From Azolla caroliniana (Eukaryota; Plantae; Polypodiophyta), in contig JBHGNT010000006.1 of NCBI GenBank assembly GCA_043228905.1, forward strand, positions 9,548,001 through 9,612,000: a stretch of 64,000 bases of DNA, in the 5' to 3' direction. Below the pieces are notes generated by a model, which saw only the letters and a list, made by a program, of their open reading frames with translations, did not search any database and was not told where the DNA came from. A program made the translations under genes and the position numbers. Shown here one piece after another: positions 1 through 13,265 of this stretch. Each line of letters opens with the position of its first letter. Positions within the stretch are counted from its first letter, which is position 1.

Positions 1-378
1 AAATGTGTAATATTTCTTCCGCCAAATTGTCCCGCTATCTCAATGGTCTGGTCGATGTCCTTGTCCAATCTTGCATCATTATCACGAGCTCTCATCATAT
101 GCTCGACAATAGCCACCAACATCACCACTTTGTCAACTTGGGAGTTTGTCGAAGAAGCCATCTTCGAATCTTCTATTTCAAGCACTTCAATCATTCCTAC
201 CGCCTCTTTACGTCGGGTTCACCACTTGATTATGTCGTGGAAATCCGCCAACTAGTGTGGATCGTGAGGCAGAACCGCCGGGGTTTTGGACCAGAAGGAT
301 TTAGGGCTGAATGATTTATGCACTTTAAGTTTTAAGATGAGATATTTCCCTCAAATAAGAGTAAGATAGTATGAGAGC
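1..378 (-). mobile_element. Fragment of tRNA-Trp-primed Ty3/gypsy element (LTR 3' end ~233-378, PBS 210-224, gag start 194->1)
   Basis: Minus strand reads ...CACGACA, an 8-nt spacer, TGGTGAACCCGACGT (same PBS as at 24490), then MIEVLE...AGQFGGRNITH, similar to gag NGQFNGKDVSRY in ORF 24437..25816. Confidence 0.75.
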
Positions 379-1787
379 CTCGACGAGATGGCCGTGGAAG
401 AAGAGCTTGCAGAGAGCCACTACGCCAGGCCTCATTGGGCAAGAGAGACTACAGAAACCCCGGTTCGTATCGGGGACGTGAAGGAACCGGTGGTGGCATT
501 AATCGATCACAGGTTGGAAATTAACCTGATGTCCATGGACCTCTCTACAAAAAGGGGAATTGGCCGATCAACACCAAACACGGGTGGAAGATATGTGCAG
601 CTACAAGAGCCACAGAAGAACTACACGGGGCTTGCCCGAATGTCAGGGTGAGCGTCGGAGACGTCGATATAAACCAACACTTTTTCGTGCAAGAGACGTC
701 CTCCCATCTGGTCATCCTAGGCGAACCATACATCACGGCAACCAGAATGGAAACGAAAGTACTGGACAATGATTTAGCCTATGCAAGGGTAAAGAGTCAG
801 GGCGACGGTCATTCCGTCCAATTTTTGACCGTTCGGAAGAATCATGAGCGGAACAGGGACACCCTCGGAAATAACGACAAGCCGGATTCTAAGAAAGGGC
901 TATCAAGGCGTGGAGCCGCGATAGTCTGAATAGCCGGAGAATTCCCCACACCTGTAAAATAGAAATGAAAATTTTGTTCTCCGACAACGGGGGATGTACC
1001 ATAGCCAGCATCAGTGGCCGAGAAAGAAAACGGGCCGAGATACTCTTACAGGTGTGCGGAGCCTTCAGTCACGACAAATGGATTGGGGAAGCCGTGGAGG
1101 CGGTCTCGTTCGATGACACCCTTGGAGATATCGGGAAGGTAGTCGAAGGAGGCCTAAGCGAAGATCGAGTCATACCGGTCAACTCGGTCTACATGTATGA
1201 AGTCATTGCGGACTTCGAAAGAAAAACCAGAGCGCATCGGATCGCCCGAGTAGACACCAAGTACAAGACTGTGGACCGGAAGGTGAAGCCCGTCGCGGCT
1301 CCCTTATCGGAGGGTAGTTGGGAACGAATAAAGGGGGTCGCTACCGAATCGAGCTTGCGAGATCCGGCCGACATAGGACACCGTTTCACCGACAAAACTC
1401 TATGATAGCTGAAGATCGGTGGGGGTGGCTTCCTAATGCCGGCGGAAGAGGACTGGTTCAGAAGGATGCTCAAGAGGCACGAGAAAGCCTTCGCATTCTC
1501 GCCGGGAGAGATCGGTTGTGTTGACCCAACCATTGTCGAACCAATGGTGATCTTTATCATGCCGCACGTGCCATGGAGTCTCAAACCGATTCAAGTACCA
1601 AGAGCTCACATGCCAATGTTGATGGAGCTTCGTAAGCAGAACGTGGAGTTGGGCTTCCTCGAACCATCGAGTGCCCCTTACTCTAACCAGTGGTTTACGG
1701 TACCAAAGAAGAACGGTACGCTGCGGTTCATCCAGGACTTACAACCGGTCAACAAGGTGACCATCCACAATACGGGAGTTGGGCCAT

Positions 1788-2463
1788 TGTCGTGGAGAAA
1801 ACCGTCCCTAGGCGGAATCGGAGAATGATGTGCGTGAACCGGCCCTTACACGCGGGCACAAGTTCTGTTGTATTGTACATATTTAGGTACAAGTTGGCTG
1901 ATGTGAATATCCTAGGTCGCACGGATTTGATAGGTTGGAAATCGAGGCGTATCTCTGTCCAAAAGGATAGAGAATAAAGATGATGTAATGGGTTGTAACA
2001 GCCTCCCTCCTTGGGCTATAAAAGAGAGGGAGAGGTATTGGGGAGGGGATCGCTTGGGTTGAGGAGGAAGTGTTGTTGGGACTGGGACCAAGCTCTTCTC
2101 CTCCTTCTTTCTCTGTATTTGCTCTGGGCAGGTTCTCGAGAGGCTGACTCTGCTCTACGGAATGCCCGAGAGCTTCCGGCAGAGTCTCCATCTCACTCTT
2201 CTATGTGCGTGTGCATAAGCGTTGGAGATTGTCGCTCACCGGCCTACCGGATGTAACCCCTTATTTATCATAATATATATATATACATATTCGCATTCGT
2301 CTCGTTTCCGTTGTTTCATTCGGTTGCAATTTCTGTGTATCTATGTGTGTGTGTGGAAGCACGGCTGTTGTTTTTCTTGCTCCTACTCCTGATCGGTTAT
2401 TCCTTAGTCCAAGGCCCCCGTGGTCCCACCTCGTTCTATACGCACGCACGTAACAACGTGACA
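1788..2463 (+). mobile_element. Solo LTR (676 bp), 4-bp TSD
   Basis: Termini TGTCGTG...CGTGACA; flanks CCAT/CCGT; removal restores GVGPSIDEFAEAF in frame; TATA-like CTATAAAAG ~2016; U5 (TAGTCCAAG..GTGGT.CCCACC) resembles the LTR at 23678. Confidence 0.88.
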
Positions 2464-3025
2464 CCGTCGATCGATGAGTTCGCGGAAGCCTTCGCCGGGA
2501 GGTCCATATACTAGGTCGGAGACCTTTACTCAGGGTACGACCAATTTTAGTTGGCCGTGGAAAGCAGGGACATCACAACAATGTGGACCCCTCTTGGCCT
2601 AGTTCGAATGTGTACCCTACCACAGGGAGGGACCAACTCGGTCGCACACATGGTGAATGCAATGAACAGAGTCCAACGGGACAACATTCTGGACATCACC
2701 ATGCCTTTCCTGGACGACATCCCTATCAAGGGGTGTCCGAAGGACACCAAGGATGAATCGATCGGCGCGGATGGGTGTCGAAGGTTTGTCACGGACCATA
2801 TCTCCGACTACGAGAAGATACTACAGACGCTCGAAGACGTGCGGCTTACCTTCTCGGAAGAAAAGTCGGCCTTCGGAGAGCCAGAGATCTTAGTGTTGGG
2901 CCATCTATGTGGGTCGTACGGCCGGATGCCATCGCCGACTAAGGTAGAGGCCATCTCGGCAATGAAGGAGTGTGGATCCATCACAGAGGTTCGGCGATTC
3001 TTAGGAGCATGCGCCTTTTACCACA

Positions 3026-3463
3026 AGTTACGGGCATGACCATTTAATATCCCGTGGTGAGAATTTACCGTAGTATTCTATACACATGGATAAGTGTGAG
3101 GGTTAAACGAGAGTGTAAAGAAGGGGAGGATTACTTTTAATCCTCGGGATTGAGACAACCCATTAGGTCAAGTGTGAACTTGCCTGGGGGCCTTGGGTAT
3201 CCCTATAAATAAGAGGCCTAGCTACCCTCATTTGATCATCTTTTGACTACATCGAGACTCTGCTCTTGTGGTGGGTCAACTCTTGTAGCGAGTGTGCGAG
3301 CACTAAGTACGACTCGACGCCACGACGGTGGTATGGGACGCCGATTGAGGCTCGAGTCCATCTCGATCCCTTCGCTCGGGGGTGGATCGGCACCCTTCTT
3401 TCTCTTTCTCCTTTCTATCTATCACTAGTTTATCCTTATCTTAAGCTTACTTTAGTACCTAGA
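3026..3463 (+). mobile_element. LTR-like insertion (~440 bp) in RT, boundaries uncertain
   Basis: Interrupts AFYH|IWIPHY; CACA on both flanks; CCCTATAAATA at ~3201; lacks canonical TG..CA ends. Confidence 0.65.
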
Positions 3464-4495
3464 CACATATGGATCCCTCATTACGTGCACGTCGCTGAAC
3501 CACTCTATGGCTTGCTAAAGAAGAGCAGGAAATTTGACTGTACAAAGGAACATACCGAGGTGGTCCGGAGGCTAAAACAAATGCTCACCGCGGCACCAGC
3601 TTTACGCAGAGCAGAATATGCACCGGGAACTCTGGTCTACATCATGGTGGACACCAGCCCGACCAGGATCGGATGGGTCGTAAATCAAGAGGACGAAGAC
3701 GGCACGTGTTTCCCTATCCGGTTCGGTGCGAAGGTACTGAGTGAGCGACAACGAGGATACGCCCAAGTCAAGCGCAACCTATGGGGTATCGTTTCGGCGG
3801 TTAAGGTCGACAAAGATTACCTAATCGGGACAGAAGTGATTATAGAAACGGACTGCTTGCCAATTCTTGGTATGGTCTCTGAATGCGCAACTCCCGACCT
3901 AGCCATGCTCAGGTGGATTGCATACATCAAGTCCCTGAACCCCGAGATACGACACATCTCGGGTAAAGACAACGCCATGGCCGATATGCTTTCCAAAGCA
4001 AGGTTCGAGGATGAGGACGACATGGTATCAGAGAAGGAAGAAGTCGGCGCGGACTTCTTCGAATCAGCAAGGATGAGGATAAAAAGGCGAAGCGCTCCAC
4101 CCCTGAACGAATTCGACGAGATGACTATGATGGGGAGTGGCTTCTAATCGGAAGATTTCTAAAAACCATGACGGTGGACGCCTCGATGACTAGGGAGGAA
4201 GCGGGACAGCTCCGGAAAAGGGCATACCGATACTTCCTGCAAAACGGAAAAATCTGGAGGGTCCCAAAAAGGCAAAATGATGCATCGCTCGGAGTAATAG
4301 CGCGGGTAGATGATCAAGAGAAGTTAATATCGGAGTTCCACGAAAGCCCTTGGTCTGGACACCGGGGTACATGGGCCACATTTGAGAAGTTAAAGGAGAA
4401 ATATTGGTGGTCGGGTATATATAAAAGCATGCATGACTTCGTGTCCACGTGTGAAAGCTACCAGATGCACTCGGCGGTTCGACACCACGACGCTC

Positions 4496-5580
4496 TGATC
4501 CGTAGTCGATCAACGCAACAACCGGCTCCTTAATGTCGTCAATCTGGACCGGCATCTCCATCGGGCCCTCACCCAATGCAGCTTCATGTAGTGGCTATCG
4601 ACATATTCATCTTCTCCCACCACCTTGCCGATGAGCGTTGTCCTCACCTCGACCGGCTTCTCTGGCTTTGGCTCCATCGAGAGCTATCTTCTCTTCACGA
4701 GGTCAACGACGCCATTGTGGAACTCCTTCTTCGCTATTCCTAACGCTTCTCGTAGTGTGAGTTCCACTCAACTGTCGAGGATCTTCTCTTATAAGACCTT
4801 TCATAGATCTATTGTCTTTTCAATTTCCGAGCTAAGTCAGAAACTCAGAATTTCAATTTCCGAGCTAAGTTGGAAACTCGGAATTTTCGCCTTCTCTTTC
4901 TCTTGTCGGTCAGTCGGTCCAACATTGGTCTTTCTCGGACTGGTCCCTCCGGCCTTCCCGACACACTTATCTTCAACCAGAACCTCGTAGTTCTGGCACG
5001 CGGCTTCCATGAAGACGGTTTTCTCCTCAACCGGATCATTCCATCCGATGTGCTCTTGCACCCACCTCTTCCTTGCTTATCCTTACCCTGAATAGGCCCT
5101 CAAGTACTAGCGGCCAGAATCCAGTGTCGGTTCTAGGGCCGGTGCCCTTCTCTCCGCCTACTCGGATCCCTGTCGACGCCGTGTAGTGAATAGCCTCGGC
5201 ATTCTGGGCAACGGCTTCCTCCATTAATCTCTTCATGCCACCTCGTCCGAAGCTCATCTCAAGGGGCCTCTACATGTTGCTCTCATGTGCTCTATCGTCC
5301 TGTAGGTACACAACATTGGTTCTCAACGCCTCGGTGAAGTCGAAGCAGTCTCTCCAAACATGGCCGACACCGTTGCACCATATGCACCTTCGGTCATTTG
5401 GAGATCCTTGATCGCGCGATTGACCCCCACCATCTCTCCAGGCTTGCCCAATTTGGAGATCATGCACCATCTTTGTCAACTCTTCCAATGTTGCACCCCC
5501 GATTGATCCTTCGACCACGTTGATCGGAACCGAGCCCGACTCAAGTCGTCTTCTCATTTATTCCAACCAAGTTGGCAATG
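4496..5580 (-). pseudogene. gag: Inverted gypsy gag-protease fragment of the Trp-primed family
   Basis: RRCIWCNGVGHVWRDC (CCHC), GRGGMKRLMEE, IPSFQLSSEIE and PVQIDDIKEPVVALIDYGSE match the proteins of 24437-26561. Confidence 0.85.
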
Positions 5581-6734
5581 GACTCTCTATCCTTCCGGCG
5601 CGATTCCTCATTAGTAAGCTCGACTTCACTTGCTCTAGGGACAGATGCTTCCCTTCTGGTTTGGCATTGCCCAAAGTGACAACGAGTATCTCCTAGCTAT
5701 CCAGAAGGGATCCTAGCAAAAATAATGTTAATACCTCATCAGCAAGAGGTACTTCTAGAGAGGCAGTTTGATTCATCAGTTCTTGGAAGGCATTAATATG
5801 CTCTGCCATTCTGGTACCATCTTGATATGGCATCTCACAATTTTTCAAAAAACCGATACTCTGTTCACGACATTCTTGTTTTCGAACATTACGCCAATCT
5901 TCTTCCAAAGGACGTTGGAACTTGTCTCTTCATCAAAATTGTTGTATAGACTCATGTCTATAAAACACTTTATATATGCAGCCAACTTCAAATACATGAC
6001 TTCCCAAGTCGATGCATCGATCTTGTTTGGCTTTGTCTTACCATATTGTACCGACAGCCACAGGTCTTTGCACACAAGCATATCCCACATCGTCGACTTC
6101 CACACTGAATAGTTGGAGCCGGTTAACTTGAACATTCCACCGAAATGTTCGTCCATTGCTCTGATACGAGTTTGTCAAGGTCGGAACCAGCCACAATTTG
6201 TTGCTCGTTCTTGTATTCGGGTGCAACGGGTAAATTGACAGTAAAGTGCACAGACAAAAAATAGAAAACGAAAAACTCAATGAGACACAAGATATTTAAC
6301 GTGTAAAACCCGAATGGGAAAACCCATGTGGAGTCCACAAACTCCGAACCGAATCACTATAAGGGGAAGAGTACAACAAGAGGATTCAAGGCAACCACCT
6401 TGACCTCTTCTTCGTCAACTGACAGCTATAGAGTTACACACACTCTCTAGTTATAGAGGCAACTACCTTCTCTAACTACCCAAAAATAATCAACTACTCT
6501 AATGATTCAACTACACTTAAAGTTTGCCCTAGTTGTATTTATACTTATACAATGTTTTGGCTATTTACAAATATAGCCCACCTCGGGCACATTTACACTA
6601 TTTACAAATATAGTCTCCCGAATCAGTTATATGATCAATTTTCAATTTCGATCTCGACCGAGGCCGAATTGCCCATTGGTTTCATTCGATTCATCTCATA
6701 CTCTTCCCATCCAGAGGGACCTATTTTCCCAACA
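5581..6734 (-). mobile_element. Truncated Ty1/copia 5' end: LTR 6173-6734, iMet PBS 6158-6169, gag 6156->5581
   Basis: LTR TGTTGGG...TTGACA on minus; PBS TCGTATCAGAGC (1 mismatch to TGGTATCAGAGC); gag MDEHFGGMFKLTGSNYSVWK similar to ORF 37967..38356. Confidence 0.85.
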
Positions 6735-9161
6735 GGTTTGACATACTTACATGCATGACCTTTTAAAAGGTCTGTTAATGGCGTAGTCAATTTGGAATTG
6801 TTACAAATTGATTTACGTAAAAATCCAACAAATCCTAAGAATGAGCGAAGTTCACAAATATTATGGGGAATAGGCCAAAGTTTAACCTTTTCAATACGAC
6901 AAGGTTCAATTTCAACGCCAATTCCCATAATTAAATGACCTAGGTACACAATAGATTTTTGGAAAAAAGTCACATTTTGAATGTTTTGCATAGAAAAAGT
7001 TGTCACGCAACTTTTGCAAAACAAATCATACATGTTGAACATGATCTTGCAAGGTATGACTATAAATGAGAATATCATCCAAGAAGACGACAACAAAATC
7101 ATCGAGTCGATCTCAAAAAACATCATTCATCGCTTGTTGGAATATGGCTAGAGCATTAGTCAACCCGAAAGGCATGACTAAAAACTCATAATGGCCATAG
7201 CGTGTATGAAAAGCGAGGTTAGGAATATCATCTTTGGTAATGTGAATCTGATGATAACTATGAACTTGTAAGTCAATTTTCGCAAAATATCGGGGCCCAT
7301 GAAAATGATCAATCAAATCATCAACACGAGGTAATGAATATGCATTTTTAATTGTCATCGTTTTCAAACGACGATAGTTAATACACTTTCGCCATGAACC
7401 TTCCTTCTTCTTAACTAAAACAACTGGCGCACCCCAAGGTGATTTACTATACCTAATGTGGCCCATACTCAAGTATTCCTTAAGTTGTTTAGTGATCTCA
7501 TCCTCTTCTAATCGACTAAGTTGATAAGGTGGAATGCTCATAGGAGCAACACTGAGAATGAATTCAATCTGATGGTCCACATTACATTGTGGTGTTAGGA
7601 AACATGTCTTGAAAATCTTCTAAAATAGAGTCGAGTAATTGTCTTTCATAATTTGGTAATTGTGTGGCATCAAGATTAAAATAATAAAATTGAAGCGCAA
7701 GATCAATTACACACGAATAAATTGATGAACTAGAATACTCACTTAAAGATTTATAAGACACAAGTGAACAAGAAGGAAGTTTGGAAGATTGAATAAAATG
7801 TTTACAATTATTAAGTTCAAATGTGATTGAGTGATTAACCCAATCAATGGACAAAGAAGGGTTTTTATTAAAAAACCAAGGGTATCCTTAAATGATATCT
7901 GTGGATCGTAGTTTCATAACATGAAAGTCAAGCTTCTCTATATAAGTATCTATTTGAATTGGTAGTTGACAAAGAATGTCAGTCATGTATTGGAAGCCTC
8001 CATTTGCCATGTGAACTTGATAGATATGATCACTTGTGTTTATGTGGAGTTGCATTTGTTGCACCAAATTATCATTTAGAAAATTGTGAGAACTACCGGA
8101 ATCAAACAAGAAATGTGATTATGTTCCCTTGATATACCCAAGTGCTCAGAGTAAATCATTAGGTCCAAGTAAATGTGAAGGAAAAGTGCATTCACATGAG
8201 CTTAAGTGGTTGGTATGAACTTTAATAACATCAAAAGGCTCACCTTTGTGACTCATAGATTTGTCTTGAGGAGGGGCATTTGTTGACTTCCTCTCAAGAT
8301 GAAGACAGGTATCCTTCGTGTGGCCCCGCATCTTGCAATACACATAGAAAAGGTTTGGTTTCTTCGAGTCGCAATCAAGAGTGTCACTGGATTGTTTATG
8401 TTTCCCAATGAACTTGACATTCGGAGTTTTGTGAATTCAGGTTTATTGTGGTCTTTCTTGGAATTCCTATGGTACCGAAGTATAATGTTGAGCGCTTCTT
8501 CAAAAGTTGTGGGGTCCTTGTCATGGACAATGCGATGGTAATCCCCATTGGGAATACAATTCAAAAAACAAGTGACAAACCATTTCTCACCCGTAAGTCC
8601 TGATTTTTTTTATCTGGGTTCGAGCATGATGCACATAATCCTCGAGAGAGGTAAATGGCTTACTCAACAACATGATCAAGTGTTGCGCTTGTTCGGTTTG
8701 AGAAGGTGTTTGCAAGAACTGTTTCTTGAAAACATCGGCAAAACCTTCCCAAGTTGTGGGTAAGTTCTTTGCAGTCCTTAGGCCACACCACCAAGCGGCA
8801 GCTCAGCCACCTAACTCACGACCAACATAACCAATTTTTATAGGGTCTGGCTTGGAATGAAGCTCAAAGTGAGACTCCCAACGACCAAGCCAAGTGCTAA
8901 TGGCCTCCTCTGTTCTTTCTTTCTTATCTCCCTGAATGGTGTGACTACGAAAGAAGGTTCATCTTCTTTTGTCGACTCAATAATCAATTCTTGGAATTTC
9001 TTTTCCAAAGACATATTGGCTTGCCTCATTTCAGCCAATTGATTCAAGGTAATAGTGAGCAATTGCTCAATAGTGATCTCAGGTTGTGTGCAAGATGTGG
9101 ATTGGAGTTCAAAGGTCTCGGTCGGAGATATCGCTCCAACAGTGTTCAAAACTTGTTCCAT
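6735..9161 (-). pseudogene. Degenerate chromovirus-type Ty3/gypsy gag-PR-RT
   Basis: YCKMRGHTKDTC (CCHC), FDSGSSHNF (aspartic protease), [41 protein letters not shown] and [13 protein letters not shown] (RT); many stops and frameshifts. Confidence 0.88.
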
Positions 9162-11185
9162 GATGCAAGTTGTGTGTATTCAATATAAATAAGGAGGTTC
9201 AGAAAATACGCAAGCAAAATGAATGCTTGAAATTTTGATTGGAAGAACTTTATCCAAGAAAGCATCTCACGTCTTTACCCCTTTAGACATATGAGATGTG
9301 ATTCGAGATCCAATAACTATGGTAACACTATGGTATTTTAAAAACCATGGAGGAAAACTTAGCTAAGATGTCTTTCTCAGATCTCTATCTTGAATAATCA
9401 TGGCGGCTCCTCGATGCTCAACCATGGTTCTACCATTAACATAATTTCCTAGTTAGCCTTATACTAAAATGCCAACCCAGCATGTATTGATATGGTCGAG
9501 AAAATGTATTATGTGTAAAACAAGTGCACTCGCAAGTAATATTCTAGTCTTGTGAGTAACAAGCAAATGTTAAGAGAAAAAAGATAAAATAAGGCACTAC
9601 ATATAAGAGTCAAGTAGTGACGAAAACAAGGGTAAAAAAACCATGTATTACCTACTAAAATAATGCCACAAATAAATGGATGGTGCGAAGTATGCACATA
9701 TCCATCCCAATATGGTGATTGTAATTTGCACAATTGTGATACAAGTGGTGGTGGTGTTGTGCGAAAAGATGTGGTACTCAAATCTATGAGTAAAACATCA
9801 ATAGGGGAACTCTTATGGTTTTAATCGAGTTTTAAGGCTCGATAACATGAGTTAAACCTAGATGACACGTTAGAAAAATGGTTCAAAAAGCAGCATGATG
9901 GTCACGCAATATGAAAAAATAGTGTACATGGAATTGTTACAACATTAAAAGTACATAAATATTGTAGTTCAACATAAAAATAAGGGTAAGAAAGAGAGTT
10001 AATTGTGGGTGGGTAAATGACAATTACGAGCAAATCTGAAGAAAGTAGGAAAGACAAATTGTGTAATTAGAAAAAGGATAATAATCAAATAAATGTATGT
10101 ATCATTAAGCATGCGCTAAGGTAAGAAACCCTAGGGTAGTCGACAAGCACCTCATCAAGAAGGCCAAGAGATAGTTCAATAGAGAGTAGAGTGACATCGG
10201 TAGGCGACATACATCTCGTCAAGATCACTTCCCATAGAATAGCCAAAAGATGGCTAAATAGAGGGAAGAGTGGCATACACAACACCATATGCAAAAGGGT
10301 CATGAGGTGAGCGTCTGTGATTAGTGCAAACACGCTCGACCCGATGCACAAGATTAATCATTATCATAAGAGCAATAGAGGGGAGAGTGGGATATACAAC
10401 ATAATATGCAAAAGGGCCATGGGTTGAGTGTGGGTAATTACTGCAAAGATGCTTGACCCGATGCACAATAAGAATTAAAATCATACCATGGTAGAAAGAA
10501 GAAAGAAAAGAAAAGAAAACGTAATACAAATTTCATAAGCCAAGAAGAACGCATCATCGAAAAGAAGAGAGAGATTGAGAAAGAAGAATATCGGGTTAAG
10601 AATGTTGTTTTGATCTTGAGAAGAGCATGATGAGCCTTGTTAGATCCCCATCGCTCACACACAAAAACATCAAAGCAACAAAAAAATATTGTTAGTAAAA
10701 GCTCTGTACCACGGTTAAGAGTCTATACTAATCAATTGACCAAAATAAAGTAAAATAAGTTTAATATATTGGATAGAAGAATCTGAGCCACCCGACCACC
10801 CCCGAACTATGATCAAGGCATTGCCAACATACCACCAACATCCCATACTGCCAGATATTAGGATGACTAATACCTTGGAAGAGATTAACACTATCGTCGT
10901 GACGAAACCCTAGCCCGCACCACCAATGCCCTAGACAACAACCTTCCGACGTAATGTCCTTATGAGGGTAGCTAAGCCTCATATTGATACCTCTTCCTAG
11001 GCCCCTTGAATAGGTGTGCCTTTCCAAAATGCTCTCCATGCATTGGTTGTCCAAATCATGATAGTGCATGCACCTATCATTCCTTCTATCCAATCACATT
11101 AGTCTCATTTTAACATTAGTGAACATACCCTTCACATATGTAAATATTAGTGACCCACCCTCACCTACATTATGTGTGCATTACA
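9162..11185 (-). mobile_element. Putative 5' LTR/leader of the minus-strand gypsy
   Basis: Non-coding; begins TGTAATG on minus at 11185, directly abutting copia RT codons (ACATG GAACAA, YMEQ); inner boundary and PBS not found. Confidence 0.4.
10257..10484. repeat. Diverged ~117-bp tandem duplication
   Basis: AATAGAGGG..ATATGCAAAAGGG..GACCCGATGCACAA occurs twice in tandem. Confidence 0.75.
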
Positions 11186-11834
11186 ACATGGAACAATTGA
11201 AAGGCTTTGTGGTATCTGGCCAAGAATGTCTAGTCTACCAACTCAAGAAGTGTTTGTACGGCCTCAAGCAGGCCCCAAGATAGAGGTATCGAAAATTTGA
11301 CATCTTGATCCAATCGCTCTGATTTTCTAAGAGCGATGAGGATCACTGCCTTTATTCGAAGAATGCTCGAGATGGATCACCCATCTTCCTCATCTTGTAC
11401 GTGAATGATATACTTCTTTCTAGCCGAAATGCCAAAGAGGTTGCTGACCTTGTTTGGCAACTACGGTTGAAGTTTGCAATGAAGGACTTAGGTCCTACTC
11501 GATACATCCTTGGAATGAAGATTAGTCAGCCTCAAAATCAAAGACAATTGTTTCTTTGTCAACCGACTACATCCAATGTGTCTTAGAGCGCTTAAACATG
11601 TAATCAACTAAATTTTCTTCGACCCCACTACCAATTAGTCTTCGGCCGTCTCAACGAGACTTTCTGACATCCAGTCTGGATGGGAAAGATATGAAGTTGG
11701 TACCATATGCACTAGAAGTCGGCTCCTTAATGTATGTGATAGTCATGACACAACCAAACATAGCACACATCATAGGAGTCGTCAACAGATTCATGCACAA
11801 CCCTGGCCTACAACATTGGAACACAGTCAAGCAT
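11186..11834 (+). pseudogene. Ty1/copia reverse transcriptase fragment
   Basis: LKKCLYGLKQAPR, LYVNDILL, FAMKDLGPTRYILGM, HWNTVKH. Confidence 0.88.
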
Positions 11835-12410
11835 TGTAAATAATTACATAACTAACTAAGGGTTAATTAGTATTTAATTATGTGAGTAGTTAATCACGTA
11901 TGTGATTAAGCAACGGAAGACTATGTGATATGTGTGTATGTGTGTGTATATGAGAGAGAGAGAGAGAGAGAGAAGATTACACTTATGAACGACACAATGG
12001 AGCAAATGGGGGATGATTAACAAGAGTATAGCTTGAAGAAAAGTTTCTCTATTAATAAGCATCAAAATACAAAAAATACCCACAATGAGGTATATATACA
12101 TCTCGTGTGCAAGGGTGCATATGTGTGAGGAGAATATATTAGGTACAAGGATGTAGATCCTATATTAAATGGACTTGTAACTAGTTTGTATGAGGTTTAT
12201 GCCACCATTCTTTCTATTGTAACTTATTTTGAATAATATAGTTACCTTTGTGTGCCTCTTTGGATCTCTCTTACTCTCTCCTTTCTTGTTGATCTTGCTG
12301 AGTTTTCTCAATTTCACTCTATTCATCTTATATTGTGTTTATCATCTTCATGTTCTTCACACAATAATGTTGGCTCTATCTACCTTTATTGACTACCATC
12401 TCCACCACAA
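11835..12410 (+). mobile_element. LTR-like fragment
   Basis: Starts TGTAAAT abruptly within copia RT; (GA)n/(TG)n tracts and a TATA-like motif; right end fused to MULE sequence without a TSD. Confidence 0.4.
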
Positions 12411-13265
12411 AAGGGTGCTTGTGTGACTAGGTATAATTGTCATCATGCCGGTGTGTCTCAACATGTTAATCCTTGCACTTGACAATGAAAGGGTTCATTG
12501 CGATATGGATGTAACTTCCATGTCAATGTTAGAAGGAATGCCAAAGTTGACCATGACCATTTCAATATATGGAACTCACAGTGGTCATGTTCTAGGAAGT
12601 AGGCAGGATGTGTACCATTTGCCAACACACTCAAATGTCATAAGTTGTTGCAAAGACGACCTATTTGATGGTGGGTGTGCAAGGCATTTTGTATGAATGA
12701 CCGTGCATACAAAAGCATATCATAAGACCAAGAATAGTCCATTAGAACTTGTTCATTATAGGTTCTTCATGATACCAATGGAGGTTCATAACATGGCAAA
12801 TACGTTAAAAATCAGGAGTGCCATGTTAGAGGTTGATTGGTCTTTGATGATGCAATAGGCCTATGCACTTCGAGATCTTGGGAAAGTGGCTTAGGTCCAA
12901 TCCTACTTGCTTGGTGAATGTGGATCTCCAACCCTGCTTGCTTGGTGTATGTTGGACATAATTTAATGCCATATCAAATGTGGTTGTTCAAGACCATCAA
13001 TCTTAGATTGTTGCAAATGGGCAATGGTTGCAAACACATTATTTCCTTTGTAGTGTCAATTCCACGTAAAAAAATCATGTCTGCGAATAACTTGTTGCCC
13101 AAGGTAAGTGTTGCCAAGAGAAACCATCTCTATCAACATAGGTGTTAACTTTTGCATCGCATTACAGAATCCACGTTCAATGTAATATGTGAGGAATTGA
13201 AGGTAGAATTTGTGGACAAACCTGATGTTTGGCAACATATAGAAGGAGGAAGATTTGGTTGGACA
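12411..13265 (+). pseudogene. MULE transposase, part 1
   Basis: Homologous to 49707-50240 (ISIYGTHSGHV..YHLPTHSNVISCCKDDLFD); CQFHVKK (CxxH motif) at ~13054. Confidence 0.8.

Larger units (their letters stand above)
379..4495 (+). pseudogene. pol: Degenerate Ty3/gypsy PR-RT-RNaseH-integrase(N-term), family related to 23678-30980, interrupted by two LTR-like inserts
   Basis: ORFs 388-929 (ALIDHRLEINLMS protease), 1436-1828 (WFTVPKKNGTLRFIQDLQ), 2551-3039 (FLDD), 3266-4147 (VDTSPT RNase H) and 4168-4533 (HESPWSGH...C zinc finger) align by eye with ORFs 25731-29518; stops and frameshifts. Confidence 0.9.

Noticed and set aside
9420-9440. Possible PBS (TGGTAGAACCATGG on minus) for the 6735-9161 gypsy
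   Set aside because: Poor match to known tRNA ends and no adjacent LTR CA terminus.
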